A stretch of 64,000 nucleotides of DNA from Octopus sinensis (taxonomy: Eukaryota): assembly GCF_006345805.1 (NCBI RefSeq), contig NC_043023.1:17918001-17982000 (forward strand), written 5' to 3'. The translations under genes and the position numbers were made by a program. Numbering within the stretch: position 1 is the first letter of the stretch; the number at the start of each line of letters is the position of its first letter. The notes under the pieces were generated by a model, which saw nothing but the letters and a program-made list of their open reading frames with translations, did not search any database and was not told where the DNA came from. This document shows positions 49,988-62,619 of this stretch, in pieces.

Positions 49988-51778
49988 TTAGTTGGTGTGT
50001 GTATTAGTATGGCACATCATATGTGATGTGATGTGTAAAGTCATGTGGTGTAGTGAGGAGAAGAGGGGAGGGGAGAAGAGGGGGGAGAGAAGGGGAGAGG
50101 AAGAGAGGGGATGAGAAGGGGGAGAGGGGAGGATGGGGAGAAGGAAGGGGATGAGGGGGATGAAGGAGGAAAGAGGGAGAGGGGGAGAGAGAAGGGGAGA
50201 GAGGGAGTGAGGGAGCAGAGGGAGGGGAAGAGGGAGGGAGAAAGAGGGAAGAAGGGAAGGGGAGTAGGGGTGAAAGGATGAAGGACTGAAGAAGTAGGGG
50301 TCGGGGGAAAGGATAGGTGAGGAGGGGGAGAGGGGAGTTAGATGAGAGTTGAGACGAAATGGCGTATAAGAGCGAAGAGAGAAGATTAATTCCTGTTCAC
50401 GGCGCAAACGGGAATCCGGATGGCCTCTGTGTAAGGACCAACCGAACACAGATAGGTGTTGCAAGGAGTGACCGGTGGAGCGGAAATGGCGTGAGACCGG
50501 TGTGTCGTTCGCAAGGTGGATGTCACGAAGGTGTTCCGCGAACCGGTCAGCCAAGCGGCGTCCCGTTTGTCCGATGTACAAGGAATTGCAGAGAGAGCAA
50601 GAGATGCAATAGATAATATTGCTGGAGGTGCAGGTGAAGGAGTGGATGATGGGATAGGGTCGATGGTGGGTGCTAGTGAGGCGGGTGGTGTTGGAGAGGT
50701 AAGGGCAAGTGCGGCAACGTGGGCGGGAGCAGGGGAACGAGCCGGGTTGGGAGGTAGGGTCAGGGAAGGAGCTATGGACCAAAAGGTCTCGAAGGTTGTG
50801 GGCTCGTTTGAAAGAGGGGAGGGGTCGGTTAGGGAAGAGGTGTGAAGTGGACGGGTCGGACTGGAGATGACGGAAAGCTCGAAGAATGGTGCGTTGGAGA
50901 CGTAGGGTCGTGGGGTGGTAAGTGAGGGGAAAAGGGAGGCGGGAGACTACAGGGCGGGTTCGGGGAGAGAGAGCAGATACACGGTCCACGGACCGTGCTC
51001 TGGCAAGGGCGGTGTGGATAGTGGTGAGGGGGTATCCACGTAGGGTGAAGTGGTGAGCCATACGTTGAGACTGAGTCTCAAAGTCATGGTCGTCACTACA
51101 GAGCCTACGTAGACGGAGGAATTGGGAATAGGGGATGGAAAGCTTGGTGTGTTCTGGGTGGGAGGAAGAGAAGTTCAGGTATGAGTGTGAGTCTGTGTGT
51201 TTGTAGTGAATGGAGGTGGTAAGAGTGGAGTGAAGAATGCTAACCGAAATGTCGAGGAAGGAGACAGAGGTGTTGGAGATAGTGGAAGTGAAGTGGAGGG
51301 CTGGATGGAAAGATTGGACGAAAGAGAGGAAGGAATCTAGATGTTCGCGGGAGAGTGAGGTGGCACGGATAATGTCGTCAATATAACGACCATATAGTTC
51401 AGGAGTGGGACCAGTGAAATTAGAGAATATTTGGGCCTCAACATAGCCAACGAACAGGTTCGCATAGTTGGGGCCCATTCGCGTTCCCATGGCCACTCCC
51501 GAGACCTGATGGTAGAAATCGCCCGCGAACGAGAAGCAGTTCAGAGTAAGGACAAGTTCGGCCAGACGAATGAGTGTGGAGGTGTCAGGTACAGGGTTAG
51601 AGCGGAGGTCAAGAAAGTGTCGAAGGGCCTGCAGTCCTTCGTGGTGAGGGATAACAGTATAGAGGCTTTGGATGTCCATAGTAAAAAGGATTTTGGAGGA
51701 GCCGGGAGGAAAGGAGAAAGAGTTGAAAAGCCGGAGAGCATGGTTGGTATCGTGGATGTGGGAGGGAAGAGATGCCAC
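49988..51778 (-). CDS. Penelope RT + GIY-YIG endonuclease (N-terminally incomplete; C-terminus runs into a CT-rich tract)
   Basis: FTMDIQSLYT, GVAMGTRMGP, YGRYIDDI, FLDI, SSHP, CSLCNSLYIGQTGR..RFAEH. Confidence 0.88.
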   Translation of the reverse strand: MASLPSHIHDTNHALRLFNSFSFPPGSSKILFTMDIQSLYTVIPHHEGLQALRHFLDLRSNPVPDTSTLIRLAELVLTLNCFSFAGDFYHQVSGVAMGTRMGPNYANLFVGYVEAQIFSNFTGPTPELYGRYIDDIIRATSLSREHLDSFLSFVQSFHPALHFTSTISNTSVSFLDISVSILHSTLTTSIHYKHTDSHSYLNFSSSHPEHTKLSIPYSQFLRLRRLCSDDHDFETQSQRMAHHFTLRGYPLTTIHTALARARSVDRVSALSPRTRPVVSRLPFPLTYHPTTLRLQRTILRAFRHLQSDPSTSHLFPNRPLPSFKRAHNLRDLLVHSSFPDPTSQPGSFPCSRPRCRTCPYLSNTTRLTSTHHRPYPIIHSFTCTSSNIIYCISCSLCNSLYIGQTGRRLADRFAEHLRDIHLANDTPVSRHFRSTGHSLQHLSVFGWSLHRGHPDSRLRREQELIFSLRSYTPFRLNSHLTPLSPSSPILSPDPYFFSPSSFHPYSPSLLPSFSLPLPLPLLPHSLSPLLSPPLPLSSFIPLIPFLLPILPSPPSHPLSSSPLLSPLFSPPLFSSLHHMTLHITSHMMCHTNTHTN

Positions 51779-51865
51779 TAGGGGGCAAGGACACGGTCGA
51801 AGTATTTAGAGATGAGCTCCGTGGGGCAGAACTTAGAATAACTTAGAAAGGTTTTGGCCAGCATT

Positions 51866-52153
51866 GGCGCGCAATGGCCCAGTTGTTAGGGCAGCGGACT
51901 CGCGCTCGTAGGATCGCGGTTTCGATTCCCAGACCGGGCGTTGTGGGTGTTTATTGAGCGAAAACACCTAAAAGCTCCACGAGGCCCCGGCAGGAGGTGG
52001 TGATACCTGCTGTACACTTTCATCACTCTTTCTTCTGTTGGCCTTCTCGCTTAGCCAGCGGGGTGGCGTCATTCGAAGGCTAAAACAATGCGAAAGCATT
52101 GTGACTAGCGATGTGTAACTACATCTGATGGACTGGTCGGTCACGTGATCACG

Positions 52154-52157
<4 letters not shown>
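51866..52157 (+). mobile_element. tRNA-derived SINE
   Basis: A box TGGCCCAGTTGTTAGG, B box GGTTTCGATTCCC, non-tRNA body, followed by (TA)n. Confidence 0.85.
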
Positions 52158-52204
<47 letters not shown>

Positions 52205-52232
52205 TAGATAAACTTAGATATGTTTCGACCAA

Positions 52233-52300
52233 AGATTGGTCCAGGCCATGTCTAACTTAATAGCACCACCTATTAAGTTAGACATGGCCTGGACCAATCT
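52233..52300. repeat. Perfect 31-bp inverted repeat with 6-nt loop
   Basis: AGATTGGTCCAGGCCATGTCTAACTTAATAG-CACCAC-reverse complement. Confidence 0.95.
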
Positions 52301-52330
52301 ATATATAATTAGATTAGAATTATATGCATA

Positions 52331-53199
52331 CTAGCTTAAGGTGACCCGCTCCTACGCGCGGGTAAGAGTGTGGTTGTCACATTCTATTGCTTCTTTCTGT
52401 TTTTTTATCACCACATTCTCCCTCTTTGTTTCTCTCTCCTTTCTCCCTCACTTTCCAAATCTTTTACCCTTCCTTTCTCTCGGACTCTCCCTCGCTTTCT
52501 CTTACTCTCTATCTGTTTCTATCTATCTCTCGCCCATTTATAAACAACAAAAATCTTGAATAAGTTGAGAAAGAAAAATATTTTATAAGATCAATCATAA
52601 ATATCAGGCAGTGACAACGGAAAGTTCTGCTTGAAAGCAGACAGCAAAACACTAACATTTAAAAGGGACAGGCGAACTTGCGAGCTGAATAAAAATTTTA
52701 AAATATTGGAAACCACAGTTTGAAGGGATTGAATCTGGGGATAGTATAGTCACCATGGCTGGCATTTCTTAACGACAGCAACGTAGTGGCAGTGAACTTG
52801 ATGTAATAGAAAATTCCTAAACACCAAGTTTTGAAGTGCTTCTTTCTCACGACAGTAAACTCACCAATGCAAGCATTCAAAACTTCTTTAACATGGACGG
52901 CAACACATTGAAGATTTAAAGGCTGGCGCAGATTTTTTAGCTTGATGTAACAGAGAATTCCTAAACACCCGGTCCTGTAAATTTTAATCCCCTTCCAGCC
53001 TCATTTAGAACCCTTTTCACATTTTGGTTAATATAACCCGATTTCATTCAGGTCTACTCGGGCCACATTTTATAAGATGAGGAATTTTGTACTAGACGTC
53101 ACGCTTTTCATTTGAGGAAAAAAATAGTTGCCATGCAAACTCGCCAGCACTTTTAACATAGGTGTGCATATTTTCAGCTCAACCAACCACATAATGCAC

Positions 53200-53240
<41 letters not shown>

Positions 53241-53820
53241 GCATTATATATATATGTATGTATATGTATGTGTACCCATTATATATGCAGATGTATACAA
53301 ATTATATATATATATAAATACAGATATATACACTTTGTATATATGTATTACATATACATATTTATATATAGAACACACACACATATATAAATTAACCCAA
53401 TAAATATCTGGTTCATAATATTCGTAGTCGTGAATGTGTAGTTGTGGTGGCGATAATTAAACTCTCTATGAATGTACACAGACATACAGAGAGAAGAGGC
53501 GTGAGGCGGTGAAGGAAGGAGGGACAACGCTGGCGAAGGCAGCGGGGGCAAGATAGTAGTATCTGTCAAACGTCGTTATAGAGAAAAAGTGATGGGAACG
53601 GAGGAAACAGAGAGAGACGGAGGAAGACGTGCAGATAGGAGAATGAGAGGAGATTTGTCAAAGTGTGCGGGGTTTTTTTGCCCTAGTAACGACACCTTTT
53701 GAAACTTAGCCCACTCGCATCCTGACCTCATTTTACATGTCCCTGTAAATTTTGGAGTCAATCCGACGGGATCTGATGGCCACAGATAATTTTTTACAAA
53801 CATTTTAATAATTTATATAT
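52331..53820 (-). mobile_element. Probable non-autonomous Helitron (3' end clear, 5' end uncertain)
   Basis: A|CTAG at 52330-52334 with GC hairpin ACCCGC/GCGGGT at 52344-52363. Confidence 0.5.
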
Positions 53821-53829
53821 ACGTATACA

Positions 53830-53926
<97 letters not shown>

Positions 53927-54129
53927 CATATATGTATATAAGTGTAATATAGTAATAACGGATAAAATTTTTTTTAATTAATCTGTGGTCGCATATATGT
54001 ATATATATATATATTTTATTATATATATATATATATTCTTCTATTCATTTATTTCTTATTTATTCTTTTATTTTTTTATTACCTAACTAAGGCTATCAAT
54101 TTATTAATTTCCGTTAGCTTGCTTCCTCG

Positions 54130-54300
54130 TTTTCAGCGCGAGCAAATCAGCCCCAGGACTTATTTGTTGTAAGCCCAGAACTTATTCTATCGCACCCTCT
54201 TGCCGAACCACTAGGTGGCGGGGACCCGTTGTCAAACGATGTTAGGGAGACAAACACAGACACGCAAACATATACATACACATACATACTTACAAATATA
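54130..54300 (-). mobile_element. SINE fragment related to 14892-15289
   Basis: Shares GAGCAAATC..CCC.GGACTTATT..TTGTAAGCCCAG.ACTTATTCTATCG with the 15 kb SINE. Confidence 0.75.
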
Positions 54301-55091
54301 TATATATATATATATACGAGAAAGAAGCAACAAGAATGGATTGGTTTTTAGTACAATTGTTTCATACAAAGACAGGCTTTATTACAAGTTGCAAAAATTG
54401 CAGCAGATAAAAGTGTCCCGTACTCATCAGGTAAAATACTTTTGAGTTCTCTAGACATCTTAGTGGGTGAGGTTATACTCATGAAATATTGGAGATAGTT
54501 CCATTAGAGGCAGATATAGGTTGTAAACAGTTTTCCAAAGTTCCTTAATGATGATGCACAGTCTTATCACAGATTTTTAAAAAACTTATTAGTTTCGAAG
54601 AGAAAATGAATCAATCCATAGTGTAGATTTAAATTTCCAGAGATATGAGGAGGATGATGCACAGACTTATCACAGGTTTTTAAAGACTTATTAGCTTCAC
54701 AGAAAAGGTGAATTAATCCATAGTGAAGATTTACATTTCCAGTGGTAAGATGAGGGATTTCATACTCACAGACGTTGTATTAACCATTATTAATCCACAA
54801 TCATTTCATGCTATATGATAAGGTAATTTGCCATGTTATTGCTCTCCGTGCAAAACTGCTATGTTGAGAATTCTAAAGGCTGAAGGAATTTATTTGTGGG
54901 GCAAAGAAAATAAAATAAGATGAAAGAAAAATGAAAGAGACAAGGAAAAAGAAAAGAAAAAGGAGAAGAAGAAGAAATAAGAAAAGAAGAAAAAAGAAAA
55001 GAAAAAGTGGAATGGGGACAAAAGATATATATATATATATATAATTTCAACAATGAGGCAAAATAATTAATTATATATTTACTAAGCCCTT

Positions 55092-55161
<70 letters not shown>

Positions 55162-55179
55162 GTTTGTATATATGTATGT

Positions 55180-55285
55180 ATAAACCACGGGCTTCTTATA
55201 TTTTTCATCTATTAAATCCATTCAAAAGGCTTTGGTCGGGTTGTGGATATAATAGAAGACATCTACCCAAGGTGTCACGCCCGCC
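55180..55285 (-). mobile_element. SINE fragment related to 14892-15289
   Basis: Shares AAATCCA.TCA.AAGGCTTTGGTCGG...TAGAAGACA...CCCAAGGTG. Confidence 0.7.
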
Positions 55286-55910
55286 GATTTTTTGCTTCTC
55301 TAAAATATTATTCTTTCTTCTCAACAGAAAACAACAAAACGAGGTATTGAACCTCTCACTACAGTTTTTACAATCATTGGACTTAATAGACCATTACAAA
55401 TAATAATATACAATAACTTACAATAAAATATTCAATATACAATCAACACTTGTCCATTTACAAATGCGGCGCTGAGCCTCTTCCCCATTATAACATTGAG
55501 GCTTTTCAACCTCTTCTCAATTTTCCACCACATCATCGCTTGTGTCCGTGTACTCCGCAATCGCCCATGCTTACTTTAAAGTCAAGGCGGCCTCCGAGTT
55601 GGCGTCACCCGGCCACGATAGATATTCCTCTTTTAGTCCCTCCAGCCTATGTAACACGCACAACGTTATGACTTCCACAGCTATATGCGGAGGCCATTCT
55701 ACGACTCAACAATCAATATTCGTTGTGAAGTAACCAACCGACAACCTACGACCTCACTGTGAACTAATACGAGCTTCCCTCGACTCCGAACTCTGAACGT
55801 TCAACTCACTCGGGGTTTTACTATCTATACTTTACACGGACCAGTGTATCTCTCGCAAGAGGGCCTCGTAACTCTCACGACAACAATTCAAACACATTTC
55901 CCTTGCTACT

Positions 55911-56335
55911 CATCATCATCATCATTGTTCGACCGTGGTCGAGACAATGGAATTTACCATGCTACGCCAGACTTCACGGTCCATCATGGCATTACGGAGG
56001 TCCTGTTGTTGGATGCCTGTATCCCTGGAGATTACATCAGGGTAGGAGAGTGTGCGCCCTCTGGTATGGCGAGTAGATGGCTTCCAGAGGAGAAGAGTAG
56101 AAATTACTTCTTTTTCAGCTCTACAACAATGTCCAGCAAACTGGACTCTTCTACCTTTCACAAGAGATGACACAGGTGGTAGTTCCCCATATATTTGCAT
56201 TTTGGTTGGATGGCGCTTCCACTAGAGATTTGGAGCCCTCATAACGAGGCGAGTGTAGGTTCCATCCAACCGCCTCTCAAGCTTCTTTGATAACGTCCAG
56301 ATTTCTGAGCCATATACTAGAATTGAATCGACTGT
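55911..56335 (-). mobile_element. RTE-type LINE 3' end with (TGA)n tail
   Basis: ORF 55922-56200 (LPPVSSLVKGRRVQFAGHC...DREVWR) followed by TGATGATGATG. Confidence 0.8.
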
Positions 56336-56571
56336 GGCTTTGAAGATTTCAAGTTTGAAGTCTCTACTTAGATTTGATGACCAGATCTTATGCATGTCAG
56401 CTAAGAAGCCCTTAGAAAATTGGTCAACCCATTTTAAAAACCTCCTTGGGAAAATACCAAAATCCTTGATAAACCCACTCTTCCAAATGTGCCTATATCA
56501 GACACGCTGGACATCAACACCTCCCCTTTTGCCCTTACTACTACTATTACTACAACAACAGCAACAACTAT

Positions 56572-56633
<62 letters not shown>

Positions 56634-57632
56634 TTATGTTCTTTACCCTTTTCAGATTCTTCCCTCTCTCCCCGTTACCTTCGTTGTAAATAATCTCTAT
56701 ATACTTCTTTCTCTATTTTCCTCCTTTTCTTCTTTCTGTTTGTTTTCTAATTATTCTTTCTCTTCCTAAAATTCTTATCGACTAACTAAATGAAACGCAT
56801 CATACATCATCGTCGGCATCATTAAATAATTTTTTCTTCTTCTTCTTCTTCTCTTCTTCTTCTTCTTTTTCTTCTTCTTCTTCTCCTTCTTCTACTTCGT
56901 CACCTTTTCCTTCTTTTTCTTTCTTTTTTCTTTGTATACGTTTCCCTCTTCTTCAACATCGTTTTCTGTTTCATTTTCTCCTCTTTCTCCACCTCCTTCT
57001 CCTTATTTCTCTCCTTCATCTTATTTTTCTTTTACTCCTTCTGCTTCGGCTTCTTCATTTTCGAAAGCTCCTTCTTAATCTCTTTCTTTGTTTTCTTTAT
57101 CTCCACCTTGTTTTCTTTTCCTAATGCCTCTTTTGCATTTTCTTCTACCTTTTCTTCAGCTCCTATTTACTTTCCTTCATTTATTTTCCTGTTTTCATTC
57201 TTAAAGTTTTCTTTCACTTCTTTAAATTCAGGTATTTTATTTCTGCCCCACTACCGTCATCTTTTACTTTATTTTCTACTCATTCTTCTTATTTTTAGTT
57301 CCTCCAGATTTCATCCCACTTCATTGGTTTATACATTTTGGACACTCGATTCCCGCCGACCTTTCAGCGTTTTGCTTATTCTTCTTCTGTCTGTTCATTT
57401 TCCCCTTTCTTCTTTTCTTTGCTTTCCTTCTACCCCGTCCCTACATACCCTTCTACATATTTTCAGTCTTCCTTTTATTCGCCTCCTATTCCTTTTCCAT
57501 CTTCTTTCAAATTTTCAAATTGTTTTAGACAGACGCCTCTAACTTCACGCTTTTCCTGAATTCTTTCCCTTCTTTTACTTCATCAAAAATCAGTTTCTTA
57601 CAAATTCTAATTAACTCAATTTTATTTGACAG

Positions 57633-57704
57633 GAATTTGAGTTTTAATGATATCAAAGAAATGAAAGGAGAAATATTCCGAAATCTTTCCCGTTTAACAT
57701 CTCT
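57633..57704 (+). CDS. 72-bp LRR exon (x-NLSFNDIKEMKGEIFRNLSRLTS-L), phase 2/2
   Basis: tatttgacag / gtaagttgaatc boundaries, 72 bp. Downstream intron is homologous to that of the 40193 exon. Confidence 0.88.
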
Positions 57705-57902
57705 GTAAGTTGAATCAGTGTTGTTTATAATATTTCATTGACGATATATTTTTTTATATTTAATGTCTTCCCATATTTCATTTTAATCTCCCTCACCTGC
57801 CTTTACCTCTGCTTGAATTTCTGTCGAAAGTGTGCTATTGAGAGTGTGACAATTGGGTGCAAATATGATTTGCATTCATATGTATGTATGTATATACATA
57901 TG

Positions 57903-57961
<59 letters not shown>

Positions 57962-60140
57962 CAAATATTTGGATTCAGATGAATATGGTACTTAAGTTGA
58001 GGCACCAGAATTTAGTACGGTATTATCCATAAAGTTTTAACGTAAGATGATTAAAATCAAAATAAGCAACAAGAATATCCAGACTTATTGCAGTAGGATT
58101 TTTTCATACAACTCCATTTAGTCGAACAATGCTATCATTACATCAAATTAAATGCAGAGCAATCATCAGTTGCACAATGACATAGAATTTAATTGAATTA
58201 AAACAGATGGACGGATTAGTATAATTATAACTAAAATCTCCAAGAAGTTAAGGTGATAGACAAAGAACATGCAGCCTTCACTCCAGCATAGACCCACTAA
58301 GGCATCAAGAAGATATACATCGTTACAGACTGCCTGTGGATGATCTTTTGTTTTTAATTTATAGACTAGTTTATCAAATCCTTGTATATCTATGGCTGAG
58401 AGAACAAAGGGGCAGTATCTTTTAGGGGTGGGGCTGATGGAGCAGACAGAAATCATAGATGGTATAGTTATAAAAATGAAGATTTATTGGAAGTAATATC
58501 ATGAGGGTTGGTAAAGGAATGCTTAAAACAAGATGTTAGCTGACAAGGGTGTCGCCCACTAGCAGACCATTGATAATGAAACAGGGGAAGTCTTATCATG
58601 TAGTACTAAAGTTAAAGAGTGTTGCTATATTGTACACAGTTAAAGTTTAGGGTTATTCAGAGGATTATTAAGAATATCATTAAAAAAATATAGAAATTTT
58701 TGAATACTTTTGAGTATATGCCAAACTATTTACAAGAACAGAGGGAGGAAAAGAAATTATCTAGAAAGAGTTTAATATTTATACATATTGTACACTTAAG
58801 TACTAACTCATCAGATACCTCTGGATATCCTTGTTGCTTTTTTTTTGTTTTATATGTATATATAAATGTGTGTGTGTTGATATGTGTTTTGTAAGTGTGT
58901 GTGTTTTTTCTGTGTGATGGCAGTTCCGTGTCTGTCTCTTTTGTGCATGGATGAGTGTGTGCGAGTGTTCCATCATTTGAGTCTTAATCGGTCGGGTCGG
59001 TAAGTCATGTACGGTGTTTATCTCTTGTTCATCGTTCATTACTCCTCCCCTCATTCTCCACCACAACTTGCACATTGTTCGTTACGTCTGCAATGAGGAG
59101 GAGCAACAACAGTAGTAGTGGTGGAAGTGTCCCTCCGTTTAATGGATACCTACAGCGAGAGGGAATAGGAATATCGATCAGAAATTTGTGAAGGATTGTG
59201 TGCTTCGTGATATCGATTCTGCGTGAATGTGAATGTGCGTGGGTCTATGAGAGGGTTCTATTGCATCTCTATAAGCTTATGTGTTTGTGTGTGTGTGTGT
59301 GTGTGTGAATAAAAGTCTGTTTCTTGTATCCATGGATGTGTATATGAGGATATCTTCTTGATTTTGTTCTTTTCCTTCTTCATTTTCTTCTTCGTTTTCT
59401 TCTTTTTGTGTCTTATCATATTCCTCATTCACCTTCTTCATATTTTCATATTTCCAGTGTTTATACTTTTCTCTCTTTTATGATTTCTTCATAATTTCTT
59501 CTGTCTCTATATTTCGCTATTAATCTTTTCATCTAATTCTTGTAGTAGTTCCATCACAATTACCGCCGCCATCAACATTATTGACGTCTTCTCTTTTGTC
59601 ATCATCGCTGTTATCATTTCCTTCATCATATTCATATTTATCTATCATCCACATCGTCAACTTCAAGATTGTCCACTTCATCATCCGAATCATTCATAAC
59701 CGTAAAACGCCATGATCAGATGCACAATCTTCAACATCACCAATAACATCAACATCATCGCCAGCACAAACATCACCAACAACATCATCATTCTCACTAT
59801 AATATTTTTGATCATCATAAACATGCTAATCACCGTGATTAGCTGGATAATCAGTGTTAACACCCCACCCCATCATTAGGGTCATAATATCATCGCCATC
59901 AACACTGCCATCATATTTTCCCGTTCTCCACTTCATGATCATATACATCATTAAAACAACTACCACTGCCACCACCAACAACATCACCATCAACTGCACC
60001 ACCACCATTAACCCTATCATTGTTATCCAAATCGTAATCTACTCTGCATCTCTTCCATCATCTAATTGTTTAGACATGATATTTAATATCCTGTTACAAA
60101 TCGGATCCATACAAGTCCTTAATATCATTTTATTTTACAG

Positions 60141-60209
60141 GTATTTGGGTGGTAATGGCATGAAGATCGAAGCACAAATCTTCCAAAATCTTTCCGGCTT
60201 AACAACTCT
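60141..60209 (+). CDS. 69-bp LRR exon (x-YLGGNGMKIEAQIFQNLSGLTT-L), phase 2/2
   Basis: tattttacag / gtaagttgattc boundaries. One codon shorter than the others, frame preserved. Confidence 0.85.
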
Positions 60210-60425
60210 GTAAGTTGATTCATTTATATTTATAGTATTTCATTGAAGATATATTTCCAAGTATGTAATGATTCCCCTATTTTGTTTGAGGCACCGTCAC
60301 CCATTCTTTCCTATACTGCCACGTCATACTCTTTGTCTCTTTTTTTACTCTCCTTCTCTGTCTCCAATGGCTTGTGTCATTGTTTTTCTGTGACTGTGAA
60401 AGTGAGTGCGAACGCATAGCTAAAT

Positions 60426-61560
60426 GTTAGTTAGTTAGTTAGTTAGTTAATTTGGCTCAAAAGCAAATAGCAAGGCCATGTAGGGGGACATGGAGTTAAG
60501 TACAGGGTGTTCATGTAAAGAGTTCAGGCCACTTGTGGTCAATGGAGTCTTTGAACCGAGCGGTCGTCGGCATCTTCACCATCTCGTCTGGCAGCTTGTT
60601 CCACGGATCCGCAACCCGGACGGAGAAAGCTCCTCTCCTTCGATTGAGATGAAATCGTCGCAGGTAGAGCTTTTCGGAATGACCCCGCAGCCGACGCTCT
60701 GGAGCAGGAGTGAAGAACAGCTCTTTCGAGAGGTTACACTTTCCGCTTATGATGTTGTGGGCGAGAATGAGATTCCGAATGACCGTCGAATCAAGAACAG
60801 AATTCCGCGTGCTTTGTTGGCAGCATGGACGCACTGGGCCGAAGGCGAAAAGGAGGAATCCACCAAGATACCCAGGTCCTTTACCTGATCGGTCTTCTCC
60901 AGCAGCAGACGACCCGGCTCGAAATCAAGTTGAGTTGCAGGAGGAGAGCCAACAGGCAGATGACAGCATTTTGACACGTTCAGACACAGGTCCCAATCGT
61001 TAGACCACTTCCAAATTTGGTGGAGGCATCGACGAAGATCCTCTATATCACCGCGAGGAGCGACCAGTTTGATATCGTCGGCAAATAGAAGGATGTGTTG
61101 CGTAAGGTCGTCGGACAAGTCATTTATGAAGACTAAGAACAACAAGGGCCCAAGCACTGAACCTTGAGGCACGCCACTGCTCGCACTGGAGACGTCGGAC
61201 CGCGAACCATTAACTTGGACTTGGAAGGATCGATCTGAGAGGAAGGCACCAACCCATCGTACAATATCGGATGGAAACTATATGCTTGAAGCTTGACAAG
61301 TAATAGGCGGTGGTTTACCGAGTCAAAAGCTTTGGCAAAGTCCAATAAAACGATGTCAACAGCATCAGTATCATCGAGGATGCGCGTCACCAATTCTTCC
61401 ATTACTAGTAAGTTGGTCAAGCAAAATCTCTCCGGCACGAAGCCGTGTTGGGAATCAGAGATAGAGGTTGTGTTTAGGAGGAGTAGCATCATACTTTTCT
61501 TAAGGATGGTTTCGAACATCTTGCTGATTATTGATGTTAGGGAAACCGGTCGGAATATAT
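60426..61560 (-). mobile_element. CR1-clade LINE, 5'-truncated, (TAAC)n tail
   Basis: RPVSLTSIISK, SQHGF, LDFAKAFDSV, PQGSVLGP, LFADD, RLRGHSEKL, WNKLP. Confidence 0.92.
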
Positions 61561-61618
61561 AATGTTGGAATATATAAGAGCGTGATACTTTAAAGAAAGT
61601 ATTTTGTGCAAGCATTTG

Positions 61619-61655
<37 letters not shown>

Positions 61656-62619
61656 ACAGCTTAAAATAGTTCAGTATATTTAAATTTGTATATAGTTAGC
61701 ATGTTCTTTAACCTCAGTGCTCCCTTATTAAATATCTGTTAGATCTAATCGATCAATCTTCATACAAACCATCTAATAAGTTAATATTTAGATAAATAAT
61801 AGGTATAAATATTAAGCTATTTCTTTGTAATTTTCTTTTCCCCCCTCTAAATGTTAAAATTTGGTATATACCCAAAAGTATTCAAATAAGGTTTATCCTT
61901 TTTGTTAGAATATCATTCATAATAATCTACATGATTACCCTAAATTTTAACTTTATAGAATAAGGCAATGTTATTAGAAATGATCTTTAGCAATTACTTG
62001 ATTTATCCCTTTCTTAAACAGCTCTACCCTCCTGATCTTAATATATTTATAAGGGCCTTTATATAAATAACCCTTCTAATTAAGTACCCCTAAGAAACTA
62101 GAAATGTCATGATTGGAGTAATAATGATAACTTCTTAAAACTATAGTTTTAACAAATAGTGAAAATTAGAATGTCCTATAACTTAAATATTCCTTTAGCT
62201 AATACCAGGTATCAGTATTTTATTGATACTAGCTAAATAAGTAAATATATAATTTTTAGTCTAATATATTTTGAATTATTATACATTTTATATAAGTCTT
62301 CTCTGTTGTTGTTAATAATCTACATACACGTTATCATGCTTCCATCTCACCATACAATAGTGATTAAGCTATTTTATTCTTTTTCTAGGGTGTTCTGCCC
62401 TACCCGATTATTTTCTTCCTTTATTTTTATATAATTAGCCTTTATGTATTTATGAAATAAATGTAATTTTTCACATCTATAAATTCATACTTAGTTTATA
62501 TAAAACAATACTGGTATATTCACTACTTATAATAAACTGCTTAGTTTATAATTTAATTAATATATATGTTCTTTTACTTCAGTATTCCTTTATTAAATAC
62601 CAGTATATACCAATTAATA

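Larger units (their letters stand above)
49370..51820 (-). mobile_element. Penelope-like element, 5'-truncated, with 3' pLTR
   Basis: 596-aa open frame with RT and GIY-YIG, and a downstream pLTR carrying a hammerhead-like motif. Confidence 0.92.

Noticed and set aside
51866-51940. tRNA gene
   Set aside because: A and B boxes are present but there is no complete cloverleaf, and it continues into a SINE body.
52205-52260. Hammerhead-like GACC...GGTC-GAAAC on the - strand within the palindrome
   Set aside because: No CUGANGA core at the required position.
54346-54431. Possible + strand exon (tttag...CAG|gtaaaa)
   Set aside because: No recognisable domain and a weak donor. Cannot be supported without transcripts.
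58000-58640. Higher-complexity intronic block that might be a decayed transposase or viral fragment
   Set aside because: All frames have stops and no motif I can name. It needs a TBLASTX search.
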